Positions 34,140 through 42,600 of a DNA stretch of 64,000 nt are shown here, piece after piece; positions within the stretch are counted from its first letter, which is position 1; each line of letters starts with the position of its first letter. The stretch is from a virus, in the IMG/VR virus record IMGVR_UViG_3300030098_005194, positions 38,397 through 102,396 of that record; one strand, 5' to 3'. The position numbers were made by a program, and so were the translations under genes. The notes below the pieces were generated by a model, which searched no databases, was not told where the DNA came from, and saw only the letters and a program-made list of their open reading frames with translations.

Positions 34140-35365
34140 TATTGACCAGCTCCTTGTTGTCCTCTGAATAGCTGGTTGAATATATCAGCTATTTCATTAG
34201 CAGAACCGGCCCCTTGAGACGAAGGACTGGGCTCAGGTATTGTCTGGGAAAGGTTGCCACTCGCATCGAATATGTCAGGCATTTTTGGTTGTAATGCCCT
34301 CACATCAGGGTAAGCTTCTGCTATCCTTGCCCTTTGCTCATCAGTAAGTTCATCGCTCGGCGCAGGTTTTGGTTCAGGTGCAAAGAATTGTTCTGTCCTC
34401 GCTTGTCTCTCATCGAAACGCCTATCAGATTGTTCTTGTGCTAATTGCGCGGGCTCCTTTACTTTCTCTTGAACAGGTCTAGAAACCTTCACTGGTGGTT
34501 TTCTCGTGGGTGGTTTCACAAACTGGTCCAGTGTCATTTGACCTTCCGGTGGCATCACTGGTGGTTTTTCCTCTGATGGTTTTGGTAGAATTGGATTTCT
34601 CACTAAATTAGCAGCTGCTATATTAGCCGCTGGAGATGCTTCAGGGACATCGAAACCATATTTTTGAGCAAGAGCATTTCTTATTTTTCCCCAGCTCTCG
34701 GTAGCTCTTTGATTCTCTGGTAGTGTAGCTAACAATTCTGCGGCTTTCTTGTTTATGTCCTGTAAAGTCTGTGGCGCAAAATTTCCTAAGTTCTGAAGCA
34801 CATTCTGCATTTCAGGCATATTTGGTCTTTCAGCGGCCATTTGGTCTGAGGTCAATTGCCTATCCAAAGCATCCATTCTACCAGTTCTAGCAGCTCTTGA
34901 CTCTGCACCAGTTAGTTTTCCTGCATCAGAAGCTGGCTTTGCATAACCCTTGAATTCCCTCATGAATGCTTCATGACCATTTTTCTCATAATAACTCCTT
35001 AAGCCACTTCTAATTTTAGTAACTTGGTCCCAGAAATGTTGATAGTTTTTCATTTTTCTTTCGTATTCTTTGGTAGCTTGTGAGTGTCTATCCATCATTA
35101 TTTGATTTTTAGGTTTGGACCTATCGAGTCCTTCCTTGAGTGGTGGCACCTCTGTGGGTTTTTTGAAAATTTCAGGACCCAAATTTGGAGCTACTTCTCG
35201 TAGATATATACTCTTAGCCATATCGGTTAAATATTGATTTAGTGATTGAAGTTTTGCTCCACCACGACCAGTGCGGTCTTGTAATCTAACAAATCTTGTA
35301 CCAGCTTTTGATTTCTTCTTCTTTTTCTTGGCTTTGAGAAAGTCCCAAGAATACTGAAATGTCAT
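34139..35365 (-). CDS. putative internal head protein (408 aa) with W..LK leader and PIP-like QMTLDQF motif
   Basis: N-terminus MTFQYSWDFLK|AKKK; Pro-rich C-half. Confidence 0.6.
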   Translation of the reverse strand: MTFQYSWDFLKAKKKKKKSKAGTRFVRLQDRTGRGGAKLQSLNQYLTDMAKSIYLREVAPNLGPEIFKKPTEVPPLKEGLDRSKPKNQIMMDRHSQATKEYERKMKNYQHFWDQVTKIRSGLRSYYEKNGHEAFMREFKGYAKPASDAGKLTGAESRAARTGRMDALDRQLTSDQMAAERPNMPEMQNVLQNLGNFAPQTLQDINKKAAELLATLPENQRATESWGKIRNALAQKYGFDVPEASPAANIAAANLVRNPILPKPSEEKPPVMPPEGQMTLDQFVKPPTRKPPVKVSRPVQEKVKEPAQLAQEQSDRRFDERQARTEQFFAPEPKPAPSDELTDEQRARIAEAYPDVRALQPKMPDIFDASGNLSQTIPEPSPSSQGAGSANEIADIFNQLFRGQQGAGQ

Positions 35366-35646
35366 TCTTTGACCCCCATGTTATAGTTCATGGGTTTTCT
35401 ACAGGAGCCACAGGTTTCCCTCCACATAAAGTGGAGAAGACCACAGTGCGTACATCGAGTGCCTGAGCCTATATTGAGTACATCGGCGGCTTTCTTGGCA
35501 TTTGCTCTTTGCTTGCGAATCGCCCCTTTTAGGGGATTCTTTTCATCAACCACTACATTAGCCTGATAATGAGTATCTGAACGAATGTTCTGCTTTTGAG
35601 CCCTTTCGATGTCGTCAATATCGAGAGTCTGCAAATCGAAACCCAT
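35362..35646 (-). CDS. zinc-ribbon protein
   Basis: CTHCG...CGSC. Confidence 0.7.
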   Translation of the reverse strand: MGFDLQTLDIDDIERAQKQNIRSDTHYQANVVVDEKNPLKGAIRKQRANAKKAADVLNIGSGTRCTHCGLLHFMWRETCGSCRKPMNYNMGVKE

Positions 35647-35661
35647 TCATACCCCTCACCA

Positions 35662-35856
35662 TCAAACGTATGTTACAAGAATGTAAACATTACCCAAGAC
35701 CATGAAAGGGTCCGAGGCAATTAGACTAGTCGTACTCGACGCATCACTCAACGTGCCCACTGCCGAAGCAATGGTCGTTGTCAGCGTAGACGTGTCACTG
35801 AACTCCTTCGGTGAGAAGGGTCCCACGACTTTGTACTTCGGTGTTAGATTAGCCAT
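35662..35856 (-). CDS. small hypothetical virion protein
   Basis: GGCGGTGA SD; in capsid operon. Confidence 0.6.
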   Translation of the reverse strand: MANLTPKYKVVGPFSPKEFSDTSTLTTTIASAVGTLSDASSTTSLIASDPFMVLGNVYILVTYV

Positions 35857-35869
35857 TTAGGTCACCGCC

Positions 35870-36150
35870 TTAACTGCGGTGTCCCATAGCAAACCATGTA
35901 CCGTCTTGTCCATTCACATTCTGAATGACTAGACTGGTGCCGTTAATGAGTGCGAACACCCCATCGACTCCAGCCCCTGTACCAGCGGTGCTGCTTCCTG
36001 CAACTGCGTTACAGGCTACTATGTCAGCTAGTAGACCAGAGAGGTCTATGCTTCCACCTGCATCGCTACCGCCGTTTGTGAAGGTCCCAGTAACCATTAG
36101 TAGGTTACCCATTACGTGTGGTCTTGTGTCTATTGTACTCTCAAATGCCA
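35870..36150 (-). CDS. small virion (decoration-like) protein
   Basis: GAGGAGTGA SD; beta-rich; follows MCP cluster. Confidence 0.55.
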
Positions 36151-36157
36151 TCTATCA

Positions 36158-36595
36158 TCACTCCTCTGTCAATTCTTGCTCTTCAACTGGTGCTGCCTCT
36201 TCTAAGACTTCCTCCACTGGAGGGGCCTCTACTACCTCTTCTTCGACTGGTGCTACTACTGCCGGTTCAGGATTTAGATAATCCTCAACTAATTTCAAAG
36301 CACCACTCTTTGTGGTGTATGTAGCTGTGGGAACTATGCCCCTTTCAGCCAACCAAGACAATATTTCGGGCCTTCTCCAACTACTGTCGGGGATGCCATC
36401 CCCACCCTCATCGTGGTGAGGAGGCTCATCCCCAAGCAGTGTCCAAGATGGCTCAACCAGAAATCTTCGGTAAGTATCGACCCATCCCTGCGAAACCTCC
36501 CTAACCTCACCTCTGGTGAAGTCAGGCATGTATGCATCGGGGCTCCTTGCGTAGAAGGATTTGCCATTATACCTAAGACTGGGCAAGTAGACCAC
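36158..36595 (-). CDS. protein with HeH/SAP-like domain and acidic tail
   Basis: SSWRRPEILSWLAERGI...TKSGALKLV. Confidence 0.55.
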   Translation of the reverse strand: MVYLPSLRYNGKSFYARSPDAYMPDFTRGEVREVSQGWVDTYRRFLVEPSWTLLGDEPPHHDEGGDGIPDSSWRRPEILSWLAERGIVPTATYTTKSGALKLVEDYLNPEPAVVAPVEEEVVEAPPVEEVLEEAAPVEEQELTEE

Positions 36596-36596
36596 C

Positions 36597-37025
36597 TCAG
36601 ACCACTATGAGCAGTAGCTCTGCTCCGCTCGTGTCGTTGGTAGTACCGTCAGTTGTCGCTTCTATGTCGAAGGTAAGCACGAGGTCGCTGGTTTTTACCA
36701 CTGCAAAGTTAGCAGTTGCGTCTGCGTGCTGTCCTACCACTGTCAAGATTTTGCTGCACTCGCCGCTTAGGGTTAGTGTTTCACCCTCGGCTAGAGCGCT
36801 GTTCATCGTAAGAGCGAGAAGTCTTGGACTCCTTCTGTCTACTACCTGTGTGTTGGTTGCCTGAAAACCGTCTAGGTTACCGGGGTAACCAGCGGTTGCC
36901 TGTCCGTCGAGCCATAGTGTCTCGTCTATGTCGCTACCAGCCCATAGTCCAAGGTCTAGGTTGACCGTGGTAGTTGCGCTGCCGCTTGTCGTGTATGTTA
37001 TTCCTCTGTGTGTTGTTGCTGCCAT
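36597..37025 (-). CDS. putative capsid decoration protein
   Basis: Immediately downstream of MCP; strong GAGGTGA SD. Confidence 0.55.
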   Translation of the reverse strand: MAATTHRGITYTTSGSATTTVNLDLGLWAGSDIDETLWLDGQATAGYPGNLDGFQATNTQVVDRRSPRLLALTMNSALAEGETLTLSGECSKILTVVGQHADATANFAVVKTSDLVLTFDIEATTDGTTNDTSGAELLLIVV

Positions 37026-37059
37026 ATCATTTCACCTCTTTTTTATCTCCTCTGCAACC

Positions 37060-38190
37060 TCACTTTAGGTCACGAATGCTCCCGTGCGCTCCAAAGAAAG
37101 TGGTCCATATCTCGCCCATAGTTCGGTACAGTCCTTCCTGTCCTAGTCTGTTGATGGCGAATGGGTCACCAGTCTCAATTCCGCTCTCAAAGTATTGCGT
37201 AGGAATAGCTGTGCTAAAGTGTACGTAGTCTGTGTCTAGGAAGTACATCCTGCTTAGGCTGTCCTTTGGCATGTCCTTGGTTGGGATGATTGGTACACCG
37301 TTGTAGGTTGCCACGATGAACCCTGCCTCTACACCGGGGACACCCTTTACACCGTTGTAGGTTGGGGTAACTCTCTTCTCTTCCATGAACCTCTGCTGGG
37401 ACTGTAGCAACTGCTGTAGCCTCATTAGGGTGTCATATCCTGTTAGGATGACCTTGGGGTTTCCACCGCGCTCCCAGATTTGCTGGAACAATGTGTCCAA
37501 GTGGTCTAGGGATAGTGTCCTGTTTGTGCTTGAGCTGTTAGCTTCATCTTCTGCGAAAGCCCATGTGTTAGCACTTCTGTCAATGGAGTAGATGTCCTCA
37601 TCTCCAGCGTCGTAGTGGGTACCAGAGGTCATTGATGTGTTTCCAGTGGTAACTCTGTCCAGCGACTCAAAGTTGTTAGCTGCTGCAGTGGTAACATCTG
37701 TTAGAAGCATCTTGTTGACCATCTCAGCGTGGTGCTTGCCCATTTCTTCCTTTAGGACTGAGCGGATGTCTCCCAATCCGTCGTCTCTGTCTGCTAGGAA
37801 GATAGCTGTCTCGGACATGTCGAACGTGTGTGCGACCGTCTTTGGTTTTGCAGCTACGTGCTGGAAGGTAGGCTTCACTGTGTCTGGCAGTGTTGCGTTT
37901 TCTGCAACTCCGCCATGTAGGGCACCGCCGTTTGGCTTGCCTGTGATGACTCTCCATCCTGACCTGTCCCAAGGCTTCTTGGGTAGGATGCTGAATGCGT
38001 TGAACTCTTGGTTCAGTTGCGACCAGACCTTGCGCCCGTAAATTGCTTGGTATGTACCAGCAGTTGTGGACAGCATAGGACTGTCAGCCTTGAGTAGCTC
38101 GCTACCTGAGTAGGAGTAACCCATTGCGTTCCCGGCGCCATAGTAATAGCGCTCCATGTCTGTTATTGTTCGTACGTAATTTCTTGCCAT
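37060..38190 (-). CDS. major capsid protein (HK97 fold)
   Basis: Follows protease; GVAENATLP, PKTVAHTFDMSE, FESLDR, YNGVPII motifs; likely start MARNY; ELLK|AD candidate maturation site at 38089. Confidence 0.9.
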   Translation of the reverse strand: MARNYVRTITDMERYYYGAGNAMGYSYSGSELLKADSPMLSTTAGTYQAIYGRKVWSQLNQEFNAFSILPKKPWDRSGWRVITGKPNGGALHGGVAENATLPDTVKPTFQHVAAKPKTVAHTFDMSETAIFLADRDDGLGDIRSVLKEEMGKHHAEMVNKMLLTDVTTAAANNFESLDRVTTGNTSMTSGTHYDAGDEDIYSIDRSANTWAFAEDEANSSSTNRTLSLDHLDTLFQQIWERGGNPKVILTGYDTLMRLQQLLQSQQRFMEEKRVTPTYNGVKGVPGVEAGFIVATYNGVPIIPTKDMPKDSLSRMYFLDTDYVHFSTAIPTQYFESGIETGDPFAINRLGQEGLYRTMGEIWTTFFGAHGSIRDLK

Positions 38191-38195
38191 ATATC

Positions 38196-39050
38196 TCACT
38201 CTCCTCTAAATGCCTTATCTGCTAGGGCGTGAACCTCATCCCATGACATCCTGTGCATGTCTACTGTGGAGGGTATTTCTACTGCTGGCTCTGCTTCGCT
38301 CTTAGCGATTGGAGTACCAGCTTCAACTGTTCCTATGTTGTCGATTCGCTCATTGAGGGCGCTGAGAGCCTTCATTACCTCGTCAAGAGGACCACGTGCA
38401 TCGTATGCAGCTGCCTCTGCTTTTGCGATTTCCTCTGCTCTCTCAGCAGCAAACCTGTCTGCAAATCGAGATTCTAGTGAACCCCTGAACTCTTGCTCCA
38501 TAGCTGCAGCCTTGTATACCTCGTATGCGGCTTCTACATCTGCCTCTGATACTAGGTCTGGAGTTAGGAAGTCGGATTTCTTGACCTCTTTCTTCTCTCC
38601 TTTTCCACCTAGTCTTGCTATGGCGTTCGTTGAAGGCTTGCCGTTTTCCGACTCTCTGTTAGGGGTCTGACCATAATCTAGGTCAAACTCTTCAGGAGTG
38701 GAACCAAGGTTAGCTTTTGCTAAGTCATCAAAGTGACCCCTAGCTCCTGCAACATCGACTCCGGCACTCTTCAGAGTGTTCTCCATCCAGTCAAGGTACT
38801 CAGATGAGATAACGTCAGAGTATTCATCTGACTTCATTTTCTTGTCGTCATCTGCATACATTTTCTCATCCTTGTCATCATCTTTCTTGTCTGGTGCTGG
38901 CGCCTTTTCTTTGTCGTCCTTTGCATCCTTCTTGTCTTTCATGGCTTCTTTCAGTTGTGGAGGCATTGCTTTCTCCATACTGTCAAGCCTAGTCTCTAGT
39001 CGAGCAAGAACATCGCCCAACTGTGTCTGCATGTCATTTTCTTCTGTCAT
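38196..39050 (-). CDS. nested in-frame scaffold protein from internal start (MTEEND...)
   Basis: AAGGTGAAAAAAATG: archaeal SD before an in-frame ATG right after the protease domain. Confidence 0.6.
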   Translation of the reverse strand: MTEENDMQTQLGDVLARLETRLDSMEKAMPPQLKEAMKDKKDAKDDKEKAPAPDKKDDDKDEKMYADDDKKMKSDEYSDVISSEYLDWMENTLKSAGVDVAGARGHFDDLAKANLGSTPEEFDLDYGQTPNRESENGKPSTNAIARLGGKGEKKEVKKSDFLTPDLVSEADVEAAYEVYKAAAMEQEFRGSLESRFADRFAAERAEEIAKAEAAAYDARGPLDEVMKALSALNERIDNIGTVEAGTPIAKSEAEPAVEIPSTVDMHRMSWDEVHALADKAFRGE

Positions 39051-39605
39051 TTTTTTCACCTTTTCTTCTGTGTTTTCTGAGTCAGTCTCCTGCTTTAGAA
39101 TTCTAAATGTAGCTTCTGGATTTATCCCTTTTTCACAAATTGTGATTTCATGAAGCTCAAGCTTGCTGATTTCTTGATAGTCGCCGTGTCTTGGGTCGCT
39201 CTTCCTGACTCGCTTGAATGCTTGTCCTCCGATGCTGAATCCCCGTAGTTTGCCTTTCCTAATTTCGGCGGCAACTTCTCGTGCTTTTTCGATGTCGTCT
39301 CTAAGTTGTATAACCACAAACATGCCAACATCGTCAACTTCGCTTTTCCATAACCTCCCTTCTGTATCTGTATATGATGGTACTACTTCTCCTACCTGTA
39401 TATTTGAGTGAGCTAGTTGGACGTTTCTGTATTTCGGGTCGCTCATGAATTTCCGAAATCCGTCCTTCAATGCCTCCTTTGTAATTAAATCGCCTTGTTT
39501 GTCTACTAGCTCCACACTAGCGTATCCTGCAACAACGAGGTCATTGCCAGCCTTAAGGAGTCCAATGGACTCATCAACACCATAGAGACGTTCTTGTGAC
39601 AGCAC
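38196..39605 (-). CDS. HK97-family prohead protease fused to scaffold domain
   Basis: VAGYASVELVDKQGD, H in LAHSN, GFSIGG catalytic Ser, EITICEKGINPEA; coiled-coil C-half. Confidence 0.9.
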   Translation of the reverse strand: MLSQERLYGVDESIGLLKAGNDLVVAGYASVELVDKQGDLITKEALKDGFRKFMSDPKYRNVQLAHSNIQVGEVVPSYTDTEGRLWKSEVDDVGMFVVIQLRDDIEKAREVAAEIRKGKLRGFSIGGQAFKRVRKSDPRHGDYQEISKLELHEITICEKGINPEATFRILKQETDSENTEEKVKKMTEENDMQTQLGDVLARLETRLDSMEKAMPPQLKEAMKDKKDAKDDKEKAPAPDKKDDDKDEKMYADDDKKMKSDEYSDVISSEYLDWMENTLKSAGVDVAGARGHFDDLAKANLGSTPEEFDLDYGQTPNRESENGKPSTNAIARLGGKGEKKEVKKSDFLTPDLVSEADVEAAYEVYKAAAMEQEFRGSLESRFADRFAAERAEEIAKAEAAAYDARGPLDEVMKALSALNERIDNIGTVEAGTPIAKSEAEPAVEIPSTVDMHRMSWDEVHALADKAFRGE

Positions 39606-39630
39606 ACTAATGAAGAAATGCGAAGCAATG

Positions 39631-39647
39631 CTATATCAATTAAGCGC
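39631..39647 (-). promoter_or_regulatory. putative late promoter GCGCTTAATTGATATAG upstream of protease gene
   Basis: Identical 17-mer at 46502-46518; ends 25 nt before the GTG start. Confidence 0.65.
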
Positions 39648-39670
39648 ATGTAAAAATATATTTCACAAAG

Positions 39671-42600
39671 TCAAGAATCGTTAGACCGAGAGGCTATTTT
39701 CTTTCTTTTTGGATAGTCTTCCGGCTTTTCAGGGTCTTGTTCTGGTCTTTCCTTCATATCATAATCCGGTAGAGTTGCCTCATTAGCCAACTTAGTGGGA
39801 CCTCTAGGACTGTCTATGTCACTACCAACGTCTACCCCTAGACCCTTACCCGCTGTCATTGGAAAATGTCCTTTTTCTAGAGTGTCTAGGATTTTCTCTA
39901 TTTTTTCCAAGGCTTCTAGAGTGCTAGGTTTGAGAAGAATATTCTGGTCCTCGTTTGGTTTTAGGACGCCTCCGCTCTGTCTGCCTATTCTCTTAGCATC
40001 CTCCTCGCTTATTCCCTCATCCTCTTCTTTATCGTCTTCATCTTCTTCAACGATTTCTTTTATTTTCCTTTTTTCTGCTTTGAGCATCTGTTGGAAAGCG
40101 GGCTCCCAGTATTTTTCCAGACTCTTTGCTAGTATCATCGTGTAATCCCGGTCTTTGAGGCCACCCAAAGCCGAACGTGGATTTTCCAAGCTATCCTCCA
40201 CTATGTCATACTTGAGTATGTCATGGTCAAAGTGCAGTATGAAGACCTCCCCATCTATCTCCATACCAAATGGCACATGGTAGTCATCATCGGATTTTGT
40301 CATTAGTATCCACTTCGGATGCTTCTCTTCTCCCTTCATGTAAGTGGATTTAGCATCCCTGAGTAGTAGCTTTGAGCCCTTATTCTCCCTCTGTAGGAAT
40401 TTTATCGCATCGCTCAAACCATCATCATCGGTGACTTTCAGATTGAACGGTCCGGGCACGAAAACGTCCTCATTGCTATCGAACTGCCCACGTAGTAGCT
40501 TTATCCTCTCCCTAGTGGGCATATCAGTAACATCGGTATCGTCGTAGTGCATGATATCGAATATGTGCAAACCAGAGCTGTTAAGCACAGCATCCATGAC
40601 ATAGTTGTTCTTCCCTATTTTTCTAAGGGAGCTTCTCATACCATCGCTTGTACCAACATCCTCATTGTCATCATCCTTGACCTCTATCCTATTCGACTTC
40701 CTAGTTACTTTCACTCTAGTGCCCTCTTCCATCACAGAGACAACCCATTCCCCAGTGAAACCCCGTAGCTCTTGCAGGTCCTCCATGTCGAATATCTTGT
40801 GATAGGGCTCTATTAGTGGCATTTCCTTTGGTAAGGACTTAGCTATCTCATGTGGGACCTGCAATCCTGACATTGGGTTGCTTTCCGATACCCTCTCCAT
40901 GTTGGAAGTGGTGCTTGGTAACATAGCCTCATTGACACCATTGACTTGGAAATAAGCATCCATCTGATTGTAAGAACCCTCTTGAAAGTGTTCCATCAAT
41001 TCTTTTATTACTGGCTCACTTGGCGGTACCGCTGGGCCAGCGCTGGTATTTGTCCCATACTCCATATTTCCATCGTAGCCTAAATTAAGCGAAGCAGAGG
41101 GTGCAGGTAGTTCCATACTCATTTGTAGTTGAAGACCTGCACTTGTGTAACGGGACCCGATTATGGCATCCGAATTTGGGTTAGTGACTGGACCTATCTT
41201 GGCATCGCCCATTTTTATCGGACGCTTCAAATTAGTGCCTGTATCACCAAATTGGTCCAGTGTCATCTGTCCTTCAGGCATAGCAGGAGGAGGCGTTGGT
41301 GCTGCCACCCTCGCCTCTGGATTGAAAAGAACTAGACTGTTGGCCTTTCTCTTGGCTCTGGCCATGGCCCACTCATAACGAAGTCTTTCTGCACCTTTGC
41401 CTTTATCCTCATTACCATGTATGTCTTTAGGTAAGTTACTCAAAGAAAGACCGTGTTGTATAGCAGTGTTGCCTTTGTGTGCCATGCTGAGTTTCATGTA
41501 ATTGTTATTTATCGAATTGTAATGCTCATTATTGTTATTAAAATCGTTTTTGTGATTGTCAGGAAGTTTAAGACCACGGATTTGACCCCTATAGCGTTTT
41601 AACTCATCCTCCATCAATTCATGGGCTCTCATTGGGTCATCTTTCATCCCATCATCGTCAAAGAGATGGAAGTCCTCGTTAGCGTGTGCTGCAAGTTGAG
41701 CGGTAGTCATTGCATAATGAGCGGGCTTGCCCTCCAGACTCTCTAGGAGTTCCCGCATGTACTCCCTGTATCCGGGGTTATCGTAGGGTAATCCCATGCC
41801 TATCAAACTCGCTGTGACATGCATATCTTCGACTTTTCCACTCTCTGGGAAACTAAGCAGAGTGCCCTCTTTCTCAAGCACATTGGCTTTTCGACGGAAC
41901 ATGTCGCCACCGACCATGGCATCTATCGTCTGCTCATCAACAGCATCCCCAATCATGATGTCCCTGATACTTTGACCATGGAAGCTGTGAGGCATGTGCT
42001 TCATAATCAACTCAGCATCATGCATGGCTTGGGATAGGTCAGCCACGGTTTGCTCAGGATTATTAGGGTCAAACAAGTTAGGATTTATCTCTAGCATAGC
42101 AGGTATGGTTATGTTCTTGGCAACTTCCATTCTAGCTCTTTCTTCAGCTTCTGCTCTTCTTTCTTTTTGTACAAGTGTATCCTTATTAAAGGAATTAAGT
42201 TTAGCTCGTAAATTAGATTGTTGCGTGTGTATGCGTCCCTTCAGTTCATCTATCAACTCTTGAGAGGCATCCTCGCCTGATAGCTCAATCTCCTCCAGCT
42301 CGCTTTGAAGCTCCGCTATCCTCTTTGTGTCTTCTATGCCCAAAGAGCCACCTAAAGCAAAAAGAGCTTTCTCAAACGCTGAGTATCCACCCTCTCCATC
42401 ATTTTCAAAAGGAAAACCGTGTTTGCCTTCAAGCATCTCATTGACTGGTATTCTCATCACAGGCGAGCCGAGCCTCCTCCTACCAGTGTTAGGGTCAATT
42501 GACCCGAACTTGTATTGGGCACCAGACATTAGATACTCACGCATTATCTCAGAGGAGTTATGTGCCTTCTTGCTATCCAGAGCCTCTGATTTTGTGTTAC

